A DNA stretch of 64,000 nt, from positions 36,360 through 100,359 of the forward strand of contig CACFSB010000001.1 of assembly GCA_902568855.1 (NCBI GenBank), in the 5' to 3' direction. Shown here one piece after another: positions 34,259 through 45,430 of this stretch. Origin of the DNA: an uncultured Pelagibacteraceae bacterium. GTDB lineage: Bacteria; Pseudomonadota; Alphaproteobacteria; Pelagibacterales; Pelagibacteraceae. Each line of letters starts with the position of its first letter. Position 1 is the first letter of the stretch. Below the pieces are notes generated by a model. It saw only the letters and a list, made by a program, of their open reading frames with translations, was not told the DNA's origin and did no database searches. The translations under genes were made by a program, and so were the position numbers.

Positions 34259-34933
34259 CTAGATAATTGTTAAAAATCTTTTAGAAAAGTTTTCTAATTT
34301 TTGCGAATATTTTAAGGAGTCGTTATTAAATTTGTTGTATGCGATTACTGCAGGAATAGCTGCCAATAAACCTAATGCTGTAGCAAAAAGAGCTTCTGCA
34401 ATTCCAGGTGCTACAATTGCTAAACTAGTATTCCTTGAAATTGCAATAGATTGAAAAGAATTCATTATACCCCAAACAGTCCCAAATAATCCTATAAAAG
34501 GAGCGGTTGATCCTACAGTTGCTAAAAAAGTAAATCCCTTTGTAATTTTAGACATTTGTTTTTCTATTCCAGTTTCTAACATTGAAGTCATTCTAGCGTT
34601 TAAATCTGTTTTAGATTTTCTTTTAAGAAGATTTTGCATAGCATCTTTAAAAATAAGAGCCATTGGATCATTTATATTTCCTGGAAGATTATTGTAAAAA
34701 GACTCTGCAGATTTAGAATTCCAAAACTTAGTTTCAAATTCTTCTGAACTTTGATTTATTTTTTTAAATAATTTAAATTTTTCGATGATTACTGCCCAAG
34801 AATAAACTGAACATGCAATAAGAATGATAATTACTGATTTTACAATTATATCTGCTCTTATAAATAAGTTCATAAGTGAAAAGTCAGCGCTCGATGCAAG
34901 TCCAACTGCTTGTGATGAAATATCAGCTTCCAT
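34259..34933 (-). CDS. tolQ: TolQ
   Basis: APFIGLFGTVWGIM, APGIAEAL.ATA. Confidence 0.95.
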   Translation of the reverse strand: MEADISSQAVGLASSADFSLMNLFIRADIIVKSVIIILIACSVYSWAVIIEKFKLFKKINQSSEEFETKFWNSKSAESFYNNLPGNINDPMALIFKDAMQNLLKRKSKTDLNARMTSMLETGIEKQMSKITKGFTFLATVGSTAPFIGLFGTVWGIMNSFQSIAISRNTSLAIVAPGIAEALFATALGLLAAIPAVIAYNKFNNDSLKYSQKLENFSKRFLTII

Positions 34934-34985
34934 AGGGTCTTCTCACACTTAAATGTGTCATGAATTTGACTTCAAAAATAAAGGA

Positions 34986-35477
34986 TTAATCATCTTTTTG
35001 GTAAGTTTCATGGTAAAAGCTTGCAATCAGAATGGCATCAGCTTTATTGGAGTCTTTTTTTTTTGATAGTTGTGTTGAAAAATAAGGAAATATTTCGATT
35101 GCTCTTGTCCTACTGGCATCTTTTTGAGAATTAATTAAATTAAAGTATTTTTTCCATCTAGCTGGTCTAACAAAAAACATTGGTAATTGCATTGCAGAAC
35201 ATATTCCTTTTAAAATTCCAAATGATTGACCAAAATTAAACATACTAGTTACTCCCTGTCCAGGCATTGCGGAAACTTGTTCTATCACAACTCTAATTTC
35301 ATTGTCTTTATTAATAATCCTTTTTAAAAATTCATTATAAATTTGAGCACCATTAATTTGTTTTTTATTTTTTTTACCCTCTGTCATTACTGGCATTTCG
35401 ATTACTTCAAGAATTTTTCCATCTTCAAAGAAACAAATTGAACCTGAAATTCCTGGGTCTATACCAATTATAAGCAT
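34986..35477 (-). CDS. RuvC-fold Holliday junction resolvase of non-canonical (phage/MOC1-like) type
   Basis: IIGIDPG, VIEQV, F.FG..FG, P..WKK, KDASR, ADAILIA. Confidence 0.8.
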   Translation of the reverse strand: MLIIGIDPGISGSICFFEDGKILEVIEMPVMTEGKKNKKQINGAQIYNEFLKRIINKDNEIRVVIEQVSAMPGQGVTSMFNFGQSFGILKGICSAMQLPMFFVRPARWKKYFNLINSQKDASRTRAIEIFPYFSTQLSKKKDSNKADAILIASFYHETYQKDD

Positions 35478-35486
35478 ATTTTATAT

Positions 35487-36209
35487 CTAATTTGAAAATT
35501 TAACATTTGAATAGATATTTTGTACATCATCATCTTCTTCTAATGTCTCAAAAAAATTAATCAATTCCTCTTTTTTCTCATCTGAAATCTCTACAGAATT
35601 TAAAGGAATCCACTCTATACTTGTTGAAATAAAATTACTTATTTTTTTCTCTAACTCCTTTTTTACACTATAAATATCATTTATTGAGCATTGTATTTCA
35701 TGAAATTCTTTATTGGAGTTACACTCATTTGCTCCAGCATCGATAGCGAGTTCTAATATACCCTCGTCTGAAATTTCATTTTTATCAATTTTAATTACAC
35801 CTAATTGACTAAAATTATGTGATGCTGAGCCTAGAGTTCCAAGGCTTCCTCCTGATTTTTGAAATATTGTTCTTATATTTGAAGCAGTTCTGTTTTTGTT
35901 ATCAGTTAAAGTCTCAACTATAACTGCAACTTTCTCAGGTCCAAAACCCTCATATCTCAAATTTTCAAAATTTGACTGATTACTATTTGAGGACTTATCG
36001 ATAGCTCTTTCTATATTGTCTTTGGGCATATTTGCTGACCTAGCAGCCTGCACAGCAGAACGTAATCTTGGGTTCATGGCTGGGTCTTTATCTCCTAACT
36101 TAGCCGCAACAGTAATTTCTTTAGATAATTTTGAAAAAATTTTTGATCTTTCTTTATCAGCTTTACCTTTTTTATGTTTTATGCCTGCCCAATGAGAATG
36201 TCCTGCCAT
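35487..36209 (-). CDS. yebC: YebC/PmpR family protein
   Basis: MAGHSHW..IKHKK, YEGFGP, TDNKNRT. Confidence 0.95.
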   Translation of the reverse strand: MAGHSHWAGIKHKKGKADKERSKIFSKLSKEITVAAKLGDKDPAMNPRLRSAVQAARSANMPKDNIERAIDKSSNSNQSNFENLRYEGFGPEKVAVIVETLTDNKNRTASNIRTIFQKSGGSLGTLGSASHNFSQLGVIKIDKNEISDEGILELAIDAGANECNSNKEFHEIQCSINDIYSVKKELEKKISNFISTSIEWIPLNSVEISDEKKEELINFFETLEEDDDVQNIYSNVKFSN

Positions 36210-36216
36210 AAAAAAC

Positions 36217-37020
36217 TTAAGTATTTTTTAAAAGACCTCCAAATATGTAACTTTCTACACTATCTGCTAAGCCTGTTTCTAAATTACAATTGACTATAAC
36301 TCCACTCAAAGAAGCTTCTCCAACAGCTGGAAAATGTTTCACAGAATCTTTTTTCATAAATCTATTAAGAGAATTTTCTTTATTCATACCTATGACTGAG
36401 TCATAATCTCCACACATCCCCGCATCTGTTTGATAAGCAGTACCATTTTTTAAAACTCTTGCATCATTAGTCGGTATATGAGTGTGAGTTCCAACAACGA
36501 GTGTTGCCTTACCATCAAAATAATGACCAATTGCATTTTTTTCACTTGTTATTTCTCCATGGAAATCAACAATAAGAAAATCATAATCTTTTTTTAAATT
36601 ATACTTTTCTAAAAATTTTTTTGATATTTTAAAAACATCATCACACTTCTTCATAAAAACATTTCCCATTAAATTTAAAACTCCTACCCTATAATTTTCT
36701 TTTGTTTTATAAATCTTAAATCCTCTTCCTGGAGCAGGGTTAAATAAATTTTCTGGTCTTAATAATCTGTTCTCATTCTCAATAAAATTCATTATGTCTT
36801 TTTGATCCCAGACATGGTTCCCAGTTGTAATGACATCAACTCCATTTTTAAAGAAATCTTTACAAATTTCTTTGGTCAAACCAACACCAGTATCGTCAGC
36901 ATTCTCACCATTTATAATTACAAAATCGATATTATTTTTTTTAATCTGACCTGATAAATCATTAATTATCTTTCTGCATCCAGATAATCCAACAACATCG
37001 CCTAAAAATAAAATTTTCAT
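36217..37020 (-). CDS. YmdB-like metallophosphoesterase
   Basis: GDVVG, NGEN, GNH, DFHGE.TSEK, GTHTH. Confidence 0.92.
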   Translation of the reverse strand: MKILFLGDVVGLSGCRKIINDLSGQIKKNNIDFVIINGENADDTGVGLTKEICKDFFKNGVDVITTGNHVWDQKDIMNFIENENRLLRPENLFNPAPGRGFKIYKTKENYRVGVLNLMGNVFMKKCDDVFKISKKFLEKYNLKKDYDFLIVDFHGEITSEKNAIGHYFDGKATLVVGTHTHIPTNDARVLKNGTAYQTDAGMCGDYDSVIGMNKENSLNRFMKKDSVKHFPAVGEASLSGVIVNCNLETGLADSVESYIFGGLLKNT

Positions 37021-37024
37021 AAAA

Positions 37025-37558
37025 TTATTTGTTTGTAATAATAAAATCTAAACTAATATCATAATTATTAGTTGGTATTTTTTCTACTTTTTGAAAAGAA
37101 TATGCAAATCCAATAGTTAAGACTTTTTTTTGTTTTCTAATTTTTTTTATATATCTATCGTAAAAACCTCCACCATAACCTATCCTATTAAAATTTTTAT
37201 CAAAGGCTACAATAGGTATTAACAAAACATCTGGATATTTTACCATTTCAGAAATTGGTTCAGGTATTCCAAATTTATTTATAGATAAAGGATCATTTGT
37301 TGACCATTGAAAAAAGTCCATTTGTGAATTTTTCCTAATTTTTGGCAATGTAATAATAAATTTTTTCTTTTCAAATTTTTCCAAGATTTGTAAAATGTCT
37401 ATTTCATAATTATATGGGTAATAGCCACCAATTATCTTACCTAGAACCTTTTTACTTTTTAAAATATTCAAAATTAAGTCAAAATTAAAATTGAATTTTT
37501 TAATTTTTTTTTGTTTTCTAATTTTTAAGATTTTTTTTCTAATTTGAGATTTGTTCAC
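37025..37558 (-). CDS. 5-formyltetrahydrofolate cyclo-ligase
   Basis: FGIPEP, RIGYGGGFYDR. Confidence 0.92.
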   Translation of the reverse strand: MNKSQIRKKILKIRKQKKIKKFNFNFDLILNILKSKKVLGKIIGGYYPYNYEIDILQILEKFEKKKFIITLPKIRKNSQMDFFQWSTNDPLSINKFGIPEPISEMVKYPDVLLIPIVAFDKNFNRIGYGGGFYDRYIKKIRKQKKVLTIGFAYSFQKVEKIPTNNYDISLDFIITNK

Positions 37559-37567
37559 AAAATTCTA

Positions 37568-38011
37568 TTAAGATATTTTATCTATACTTGCTTTTTCTAC
37601 GAAATTTGAAATCTCATCTGCAGCAGCATCAATTAACTTTTCATAATGTTTTTGATTAAGCTCAATTTCATCTTTTAATTCAATGTGATTTTTATTCAAA
37701 TTTTTAATTTCTTCTTCTTTTCTATCTCTGTATTCATAGACTAATGATTTTAACTCTCTAAATTTATTTGAAAGTTCTTTTAATTCTATTTTTTTCTGCT
37801 CAACTTTTTTTTTTGTTTCATAATATTCATCCATCACTTTTACTGCGGTAATCAACAAAAGTTTATTTTCACCAATATTTCCTAAATCATTTTTTAAGTT
37901 GTTAAACTTTTGATTAATTTGTATTAATAATTCTTCAAGATGTTCCTCTTGTCCATCATCACATGACAACAAAAACTCTTTGCCATTGAATTTTATAGTT
38001 ACGTTTGCCAT
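37568..38011 (-). CDS. zapA: Cell division protein ZapA
   Basis: V.I..NGK.F...C..GQEEHL plus coiled coil; conserved position. Confidence 0.85.
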   Translation of the reverse strand: MANVTIKFNGKEFLLSCDDGQEEHLEELLIQINQKFNNLKNDLGNIGENKLLLITAVKVMDEYYETKKKVEQKKIELKELSNKFRELKSLVYEYRDRKEEEIKNLNKNHIELKDEIELNQKHYEKLIDAAADEISNFVEKASIDKIS

Positions 38012-38322
38012 TTATCGATTTCGTCCATTAAAGTATTAGTTTCTTGGTTTAATTCATCTATTTTTTCCGAAAATTCGAATCTTTTTTTTTCTTCAATTTT
38101 TTCTCTATTTTGTAATTCCTCTAATTTTCTTGATAAGTTATCATGCTCGTCTACTAAAGTTTTATATTTTTTCTCTAATTCAGATTTTTCAATTTCTAAT
38201 TGATTTTTTTGTTCTTCAATCATTTCAATATTTTTTTTTATATTTGGATCCTCTAGGTTTAAATTTTTTAGTTTCGCCAATGCGATATTAAGCTTTTTTT
38301 CTTTTTCAAGAATAGAATTCAT
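37999..38322 (-). CDS. Coiled-coil hypothetical protein upstream of zapA
   Basis: Heptad-rich Glu/Lys/Leu ORF in the usual tkt-divergent position. Confidence 0.65.
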   Translation of the reverse strand: MNSILEKEKKLNIALAKLKNLNLEDPNIKKNIEMIEEQKNQLEIEKSELEKKYKTLVDEHDNLSRKLEELQNREKIEEKKRFEFSEKIDELNQETNTLMDEIDKWQT

Positions 38323-38375
38323 ATATATATGTTTATATTATTAAATAGAATCTTCTAAGTCTAGACAGGATAAAT

Positions 38376-40307
38376 TTGAGTAAATTTTATAAAGAATTAG
38401 CTAATTGTATTAGATTTCTCTCAATTGATGCTGTTCAAAAAGCAAACTCAGGTCACCCTGGAATGCCGATGGGAATGGCAGATGTTGCTACAGTTCTTTT
38501 TAAAGATTTTTTAAAATTTAATCCAAAAAATCCCAGCTGGATTAATAGAGATAGATTTGTTCTCTCTGCTGGGCATGGGTCAATGTTGCTTTACTCTCTT
38601 CTTTATTTAACTGGTTACAAAAATGTTTCTCTAAATGATATTAAAAATTTTAGACAATTAGACTCCATATGTGCTGGACATCCTGAATATCATCCAAATA
38701 CCGGTATTGAAACTACTACAGGTCCATTGGGACAAGGAATCTCAAACGCAGTTGGGTTTGCAATATCAGAAGAAATTTTGAAAAAACAATTAGGGAGAGG
38801 AAAGATCAATCATAAAACTTATGTTCTCGCTGGCGACGGATGCTTAATGGAAGGTATTAGTCATGAGTCATTGAGCTTAGCTGGACATCTAAAATTAAAG
38901 AATCTTATTTTATTATTTGATAATAATTCTATATCAATCGATGGCCCCACTAATTTAGCTGTTTCAGATGATCACGAAAAAAGATTTAAGAGCTACGGAT
39001 GGGACTTCTTAAGAATTAATGGTCATGATTTCAAAGAAATATCTAAAGCTTTAAAAAAAGCACAGAAATCAAAAAAACCTATCGCAATTTCATGTAAAAC
39101 AACAATAGGTTATGGATCACCAAACAAAGGGGGCAAGGCTTCATCTCATGGAAGTCCATTAGGTGATGAAGAAATAAAACTGGTTAGAAAAAAACTAAAA
39201 TGGAAACATGAGCCATTCAAGATCCCGACTGAATTATTAAGTGAATGGAGAAAAATTGGAAGGAAAGCCTCACAAAAAGCTAGGAAAAATAAAACAAAAT
39301 TTTCAAATTTTAGAAATTTTAATTCATTTAAAAAATTAATTGAAAAAGCAAAAGTTGAGTATACTAAAAATACCAAAACAATTGCTACAAGGAAATCTTC
39401 TGAAATATTTTTGAACATTATAGCAAAATTTCCTTACTTAATTGGTGGTTCAGCTGATTTAGCTGGATCAAATAATACGAAAACTAAAGATCATAAAATA
39501 ATCAAACCAGGGGATTTTTCAGGAAATTATATTCATTATGGAGTTAGAGAGCACGCAATGTGTGGAATAATGAATGGAATAGCCTTACACAGTAGCCTAA
39601 TTCCTTATGGTGGAACTTTTCTAATATTTAGTGACTATTGTAAACCCTCTATCAGACTAGCGGCAATGATGAAACAACAAGTTATATATGTTTTTACTCA
39701 TGACTCTATTGGCTTAGGTGAGGATGGCCCAACTCATCAGCCAATTGAACAGTTAACAAGTTTGAGATCTATTCCAAATTTAAATGTTTTTAGACCTGCA
39801 GATACTATTGAAACTTTTGAGTGTTGGCAGTTGGCTCTCGAAAGTAATAATACTCCAAGTGTAATTTCACTAACTAGACAGGGTGTCAATCCTATTAGAC
39901 TTGAAAATTCTCTTAAAAATAAATCGTCTTTAGGTGCTTATGAAGTTTTGAGAACTGGGGATAATATAAGTGTAACAATTTTAGCAACTGGGTCTGAAAC
40001 AAGTTTAGCAAGTGATGTGGGTCATAAATTAGCCACAGATGGTATTTATTCCAAAATCATATCAATGCCTTGTCAAAAAATATTTGATCATCAAAGTGAA
40101 GAATACAAAAAAAAAATATTAGGTGAAACTGAACTAGTGGTATCTATAGAAGCCTCTGAAACGAGTTATTGGAAAAAATATACTGGTACTAATGGATTAA
40201 ATTTTGGAATTAATGACTTTGGAAAAAGCGCACCATATAAAAAAATTTATGACTATTTCAAGTTAAATTCTGAGAGTATTGTAAGAAAAATCAAAGAAAA
40301 ATTATGA
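38376..40307 (+). CDS. tkt: Transketolase
   Basis: [29 protein letters not shown]. Confidence 0.97.
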   Translation: MSKFYKELANCIRFLSIDAVQKANSGHPGMPMGMADVATVLFKDFLKFNPKNPSWINRDRFVLSAGHGSMLLYSLLYLTGYKNVSLNDIKNFRQLDSICAGHPEYHPNTGIETTTGPLGQGISNAVGFAISEEILKKQLGRGKINHKTYVLAGDGCLMEGISHESLSLAGHLKLKNLILLFDNNSISIDGPTNLAVSDDHEKRFKSYGWDFLRINGHDFKEISKALKKAQKSKKPIAISCKTTIGYGSPNKGGKASSHGSPLGDEEIKLVRKKLKWKHEPFKIPTELLSEWRKIGRKASQKARKNKTKFSNFRNFNSFKKLIEKAKVEYTKNTKTIATRKSSEIFLNIIAKFPYLIGGSADLAGSNNTKTKDHKIIKPGDFSGNYIHYGVREHAMCGIMNGIALHSSLIPYGGTFLIFSDYCKPSIRLAAMMKQQVIYVFTHDSIGLGEDGPTHQPIEQLTSLRSIPNLNVFRPADTIETFECWQLALESNNTPSVISLTRQGVNPIRLENSLKNKSSLGAYEVLRTGDNISVTILATGSETSLASDVGHKLATDGIYSKIISMPCQKIFDHQSEEYKKKILGETELVVSIEASETSYWKKYTGTNGLNFGINDFGKSAPYKKIYDYFKLNSESIVRKIKEKL

Positions 40308-41302
40308 AAATAAAAATTGGTATTAATGGCATGGGAAGAATAGGAAGAATGATACTTCGCTCTATTTACGAGGGAAATAAAAAAATAGAAATTATGCATA
40401 TAAATAATAGAACAAATTCTGAAACTTGCTCGACTCTTTTAAGATATGACTCAATTCATGGAAAATTTAAAGCTGATATAGGCCATGATGAAAATAATCT
40501 TATTGTAAATAAAAATAAAATTTCTTTTGGTCAAGAAACAGATTTAAGTAAAATTAATTGGAAAAAATATGGTGTTGATTACGTATTTGAGTGTACTGGA
40601 AAATTTAATTCTAAAGATAAATTACAACCACATCTTAATAATGGAGCGAAAAAAGTGATTGTCTCAGCTCCATGTAAAAATGCTGATAAAACTATTGTAT
40701 TTGGAGTAAATGAATCTGAATTAAAAAAAGAGGATAAAGTTGTTTCTGCTGCATCTTGCACAACAAATTGCCTAGCGCCAGTTGCTCACGTTTTAAATGA
40801 AAATTTTGGAATTGAAAAAGGTTTTATGACAACCATTCACGCATTTACGAGCGATCAAAGAATTTTAGATAATTCACATAAAGATCCTAGGAGAGCTAGA
40901 TCTGCTAGTCAATCAATCGTCCCAACTTCCACTGGTGCATCTAAAGCTATAGGTGAAATAATTCCTTCTCTGAAAGGAAAACTAGAAGGTATCGCAATGA
41001 GAGTGCCAACCCCGAATGTTTCATTGATTGAACTTGTCTTCTGTACAAAAAAAGACCTGAATATTGAAAAAATAAATTCAGCATTTGAGAATTTTAGTAA
41101 AAAAAATAAAATTATTGAAATCACTAAAGAAAAACTTGTTTCAATTGATTTTAATCACAATCCTGCCTCATCAATTATTGATGCAAGTTTAACAAATGTG
41201 GTTAGCAAAAATATGGGAAAAATTTCAGCGTGGTATGATAATGAATGGGGTTTTTCAAATAGGATGTGTGATATAGCTGAATACCTTCATAAGATTTCTT
41301 AA
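40304..41302 (+). CDS. gap: Type I glyceraldehyde-3-phosphate dehydrogenase
   Basis: [23 protein letters not shown]. Confidence 0.96.
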   Translation: MKIKIGINGMGRIGRMILRSIYEGNKKIEIMHINNRTNSETCSTLLRYDSIHGKFKADIGHDENNLIVNKNKISFGQETDLSKINWKKYGVDYVFECTGKFNSKDKLQPHLNNGAKKVIVSAPCKNADKTIVFGVNESELKKEDKVVSAASCTTNCLAPVAHVLNENFGIEKGFMTTIHAFTSDQRILDNSHKDPRRARSASQSIVPTSTGASKAIGEIIPSLKGKLEGIAMRVPTPNVSLIELVFCTKKDLNIEKINSAFENFSKKNKIIEITKEKLVSIDFNHNPASSIIDASLTNVVSKNMGKISAWYDNEWGFSNRMCDIAEYLHKIS

Positions 41303-42480
41303 TGAATAGTATAAAAGACCAAAAAAATCTTAATAAAAAAAAAGTTTTGTTAAGATTGGATTTGAATGTCCCATTAAATAATGGTTTAATTACCGATGAA
41401 ACAAGAATAAATAAGATTATTCCAATCATAAATTTTTTAATTAAGGAACAATCAAAGATTATAATAATTTCTCATGTAGGACGACCAAAGGGTAAGGTGA
41501 TTACAGATCTCTCACTTAAACCAATTTGTAAAAATATTCAAAAAAAAATAAATAGAAAAATAAGATTAGTAAAAGAAGATATTTTTAAGTTAGAAAAAGA
41601 AGATTTGTTTAAAGATAATAACGATCAAATAGTTTTTTTAGAGAATATTAGATTTTATGAAGAGGAGGAAAAAAATGACGCTAATTTCGCGAAACATTTA
41701 GCTAAACTTGCTGATTTGTATGTAAATGATGCTTTTTCTTGCTCTCATAGAGCGCACGCCTCTGTCAGTAAAATTACTGAATTTCTTCCCTCTTTTGCAG
41801 GGTTACAGTTAGAAACTGAAATTAGTGCTTTAAAAAAAGTTACATCAGAAATCAAAAAACCGATCACTTGTATTATTGGGGGATCAAAAATTTCAACAAA
41901 AATTGGAATAATCAAAAATTTAATATCTAAATTTGATAATCTTATCATTGTTGGTGGAATGGCTAATAACATTATTAAATACAAAGGAAACCAAATAGGC
42001 AAGTCAATTAGAGAGGAAAATTGTGATCTAATGATAAAAGAAATTTTTGAAACTTGTAAAAGTCATTCTTGTAAAATTATTTTTCCAGATGATGTGTTAA
42101 TTGGAAAAAATTTAGATGATGAACCTCAAATTAAAAAACTTAATAATATTCAAGATAATGACATCATTTTGGATATTGGTCCTAAAACTTTAGATAAGAT
42201 AAAAAGTATTATTGAAAACAGTGAAACTGTTCTTTGGAACGGGCCAGCGGGTTATTTTGAAAATCCAAATTTTGCTAATGGCAGTTACGAAATAGCAAAA
42301 GCTATTACAAAAAAAAATAAAAATAATTCACTTTACTCAGTGGTAGGAGGTGGAGATACGATAGCTCTTATCAATAAGATTAAATTAATAGATAGTTTTA
42401 ATTTTGTTTCAACTGCTGGTGGAGCATTTTTGGAATATCTTGAAGGAAAAGAGTTACCTGGTATAAAAGCCTTAAACTAA
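41302..42480 (+). CDS. pgk: Phosphoglycerate kinase
   Basis: RLDLNVP, NDAFS..HR.HAS, STAGGAFLE. Confidence 0.96.
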   Translation: MNSIKDQKNLNKKKVLLRLDLNVPLNNGLITDETRINKIIPIINFLIKEQSKIIIISHVGRPKGKVITDLSLKPICKNIQKKINRKIRLVKEDIFKLEKEDLFKDNNDQIVFLENIRFYEEEEKNDANFAKHLAKLADLYVNDAFSCSHRAHASVSKITEFLPSFAGLQLETEISALKKVTSEIKKPITCIIGGSKISTKIGIIKNLISKFDNLIIVGGMANNIIKYKGNQIGKSIREENCDLMIKEIFETCKSHSCKIIFPDDVLIGKNLDDEPQIKKLNNIQDNDIILDIGPKTLDKIKSIIENSETVLWNGPAGYFENPNFANGSYEIAKAITKKNKNNSLYSVVGGGDTIALINKIKLIDSFNFVSTAGGAFLEYLEGKELPGIKALN

Positions 42481-42481
42481 T

Positions 42482-43489
42482 ATGTCAGAATTAAATAACA
42501 TTGCTAATAAAATACTTAAGAATGGAAAAGGTATTCTCGCGGCTGACGAGAGTACTGCAACCATGACTAAGAGATTGGAGTCAGTTAAAATTCAATCAAC
42601 AGCTGAAAACCGTTTATTGTTCAGAGAAACATTGTTTAGTGCCTCTGGAATGACTGAATATATTGGAGGGGTTATTCTATACGATGAGACAATAAAACAA
42701 ATAACCTCAAAAAAAAATAAAATCCCAGAATTAATTTCTGCCATGGGCACTGCCCCAGGTATAAAAGTTGATACTGGAGCAAAAGTTTTAGCTGGTTCAC
42801 CAAATGAAAAAATTACTGAGGGTTTGGACGGATTAAGAGAAAGATTAAAAGAATACTATAAATTAGGAGCCAAGTTTACAAAATGGAGAGGGGTTTACAT
42901 CATATCAAAAGATCATCCAAGTAAACTTTCAATTCAATCTAATGCACATGCTTTAGCTAGATACTCTGCATTAGTTCAAGAATGTAATATGGTTCCAATT
43001 GTTGAACCTGAGGTCTTAATGGATGGCGAGCATTCAGCACAAGAATGTTATAAAAAGACTTCTGAGGTAATAAAAAAATGTTTTGAGGAATTAATCTTAC
43101 ACAAAGTTGATTTGAAAGGGATTATATTAAAGCCAAATATGGTTTTAGCTGGTAACAGATGTAAAAATAAAATATCAAACGAAGAGGTGGCAAAGTTAAC
43201 TCTTAAATGTTTAAAAGACTCTGTTCCATCGGAAGTACCAGGAATAGCATTTTTATCTGGTGGTCAGTCAGAAATTGAAGCAACGGAAAATTTAAATCTT
43301 ATTAATAAATACAATGATACCAACTTTATTATGAGCTATTCTTATGGACGAGCTCTTCAACAAAGCGCATTAAAATTTTGGTCTCAAGACACAAAAAATG
43401 TTGAAGGAACTCAAAAAATTTTTAATCAAAGAGCAAAAATGAATTCTTTAGCTGCTCAGGGTAAATGGTCTAAAGAACTTGAGAATTAA
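42482..43489 (+). CDS. fba: Class I fructose-bisphosphate aldolase
   Basis: GKGILAADES, VPIVEPEV, LKPNM, FLSGGQ. Confidence 0.95.
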   Translation: MSELNNIANKILKNGKGILAADESTATMTKRLESVKIQSTAENRLLFRETLFSASGMTEYIGGVILYDETIKQITSKKNKIPELISAMGTAPGIKVDTGAKVLAGSPNEKITEGLDGLRERLKEYYKLGAKFTKWRGVYIISKDHPSKLSIQSNAHALARYSALVQECNMVPIVEPEVLMDGEHSAQECYKKTSEVIKKCFEELILHKVDLKGIILKPNMVLAGNRCKNKISNEEVAKLTLKCLKDSVPSEVPGIAFLSGGQSEIEATENLNLINKYNDTNFIMSYSYGRALQQSALKFWSQDTKNVEGTQKIFNQRAKMNSLAAQGKWSKELEN

Positions 43490-44093
43490 TAGAAAAAAAT
43501 TCATTTATCTCATTTCACCAACTATAATTAACAAATCATTTTACCAAGATTTAACTGAAGTTCTTCAACAAAAAAAAGTTAGTTTTTTCCAGTTGAGGCT
43601 TAAAAAAGAGCCTCTTAAAAAAAAATTAATAATCGGTAGAAAAATTAAGAAAATTTGTAAAAAATTTAATGTTAAATTTCTGATTAATGATGATGTTTTT
43701 GTTGCAAAGAAATTAAATGCTGATGGTTGTCATTTGGGTCAAAAAGATATGAATATTATTAAAGCAAGAAAATTAATTGGAAACAAGATAATAGGTGTTA
43801 CCTGTCACAACTCTGTAAAATTATCAAAAATTGCAGTAAAAAATAAAGCTGATTACATAGCTCTTGGGGCTTTTAATAGTTCAAAAACTAAAAAAATAAA
43901 ACACAGAGCCTCAGTTAGTTTACTTAGAAAAGTCAAAAAATTCACAAAAACTCCTGTTGTTGCTATTGGTGGTATCAATTCTTATAATTATAAAAAACTT
44001 TTATTGAATAAAGCAAACTTTTTAGCTATTTCAGGCTACATTTGGAACAACAATAAATTAACACCAAAAGAAGCAACTGAGGTTTTGAAATGA
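43479..44093 (+). CDS. thiE: Thiamine phosphate synthase family protein
   Basis: QLR.K, INDD, HLGQ.D, VAIGGI. Confidence 0.85.
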   Translation: MRINRKKFIYLISPTIINKSFYQDLTEVLQQKKVSFFQLRLKKEPLKKKLIIGRKIKKICKKFNVKFLINDDVFVAKKLNADGCHLGQKDMNIIKARKLIGNKIIGVTCHNSVKLSKIAVKNKADYIALGAFNSSKTKKIKHRASVSLLRKVKKFTKTPVVAIGGINSYNYKKLLLNKANFLAISGYIWNNNKLTPKEATEVLK

Positions 44094-44650
44094 AAATAAA
44101 TGCTGGAGAAATAAGAGTGGGTATGTTGCTGGAGCACAAGAATGATTTATGGCAAGTATTAAAAACACAACATGTAAAACCTGGGAAAGGTGGTGCATTT
44201 GCGCAGGTCGAAATGAAAAGTTTAAATAAAAATACAAAATTAAATGAAAGATTTAGATCAAGTGAAACTGTTGAAAAAGCATCATTAGATGAAGTGAATT
44301 ATAATTATCTTTATGAAGATGAAAATAACTATTTTTTTATGGAACCGAAATCATTTGAGCAAATTGAAATAAAAAAAAATTTAATTGGTGAGAAAGGAAA
44401 ATTGTTAACTGAAAATTTAGAAGTTTCTGTAAGTTTTTACAATGATTTACCGATTTCATTAGATTTACCAAAACAAGTGGTTTGTAAAATAGAAACTACA
44501 GAAGCTGCCTTAAAAGGACAAACAGTCTCCTCGTCTTATAAACCAGCAAAATTAAATAATGGTTTAAATATTCAAGTACCTCCGTTTATTGAGACTGGTG
44601 ATGAAATTATTATAGATACGAAAAGCTTGGATTACATAAAAAAAATTTAA
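44090..44650 (+). CDS. efp: Elongation factor P
   Basis: HVKPGKGGAF, VPPFI. Confidence 0.96.
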   Translation: MKINAGEIRVGMLLEHKNDLWQVLKTQHVKPGKGGAFAQVEMKSLNKNTKLNERFRSSETVEKASLDEVNYNYLYEDENNYFFMEPKSFEQIEIKKNLIGEKGKLLTENLEVSVSFYNDLPISLDLPKQVVCKIETTEAALKGQTVSSSYKPAKLNNGLNIQVPPFIETGDEIIIDTKSLDYIKKI

Positions 44651-44654
44651 AATC

Positions 44655-45395
44655 ATGAATTCTATTTCAGCAAACTTAAATATAATGATAAGGGCAAGTG
44701 AGAAGGCATCAAAAATTTTAATCAAAGATTTTGGTGAGATAGAAAAGTTACAAGTATCAAAAAAAGGGCCAAATGATTTCGTTACAAATTCAGATCTTAA
44801 AACTGAACAAATTATTATTGATGAGCTTAAAAAGGCTAAACCGAATTACTCAATATTGAGTGAAGAAAAAGGAATTGAAAATAATAAAGATGAAAATAAT
44901 ACTTGGATAATAGATCCAATCGATGGAACTATAAATTATTTACATGGAATTCCGCATTTTGCTATATCAATTGCGTTAAAATCTTATGACCAAATAATAG
45001 CAGGACTAATTTATGATCCAATTAAAGATGAAATGTTTTATGCTGAAAAAAATAATGGTGCATATTTTAATAATCAAAGAATAAAAGTTTCAAAAAAAAA
45101 TAAAATTGAAGATTGTTTATTTGTAGCAGGAAGTAAAATTAATTATGATAAAGAATTACTTATAAGAAATTCTGGTTGTGCGGCATTAGATATGGCTTAT
45201 GTGGCTTCAGGTAGATATGATGGATATTTTCAAAAAAATATCAATCTTTGGGATATAGCCGCTGGTATTATCATCGTTGAAGAAGCGGGTGGAATTTTAA
45301 ATGAGATCAACTTATCAAGTATTAATGATTTAAAAATTATCGCGTCAAATAACAGTATAAATAATGAATTAGTTCGAAAATTGAAAAACTTTTAA
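44655..45395 (+). CDS. suhB: Inositol monophosphatase family protein (SuhB)
   Basis: [15 protein letters not shown]. Confidence 0.88.
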   Translation: MNSISANLNIMIRASEKASKILIKDFGEIEKLQVSKKGPNDFVTNSDLKTEQIIIDELKKAKPNYSILSEEKGIENNKDENNTWIIDPIDGTINYLHGIPHFAISIALKSYDQIIAGLIYDPIKDEMFYAEKNNGAYFNNQRIKVSKKNKIEDCLFVAGSKINYDKELLIRNSGCAALDMAYVASGRYDGYFQKNINLWDIAAGIIIVEEAGGILNEINLSSINDLKIIASNNSINNELVRKLKNF

Positions 45396-45430
45396 TTGTT
45401 TTAAAAAAATCTTTTGCTATAAGTCTCACC

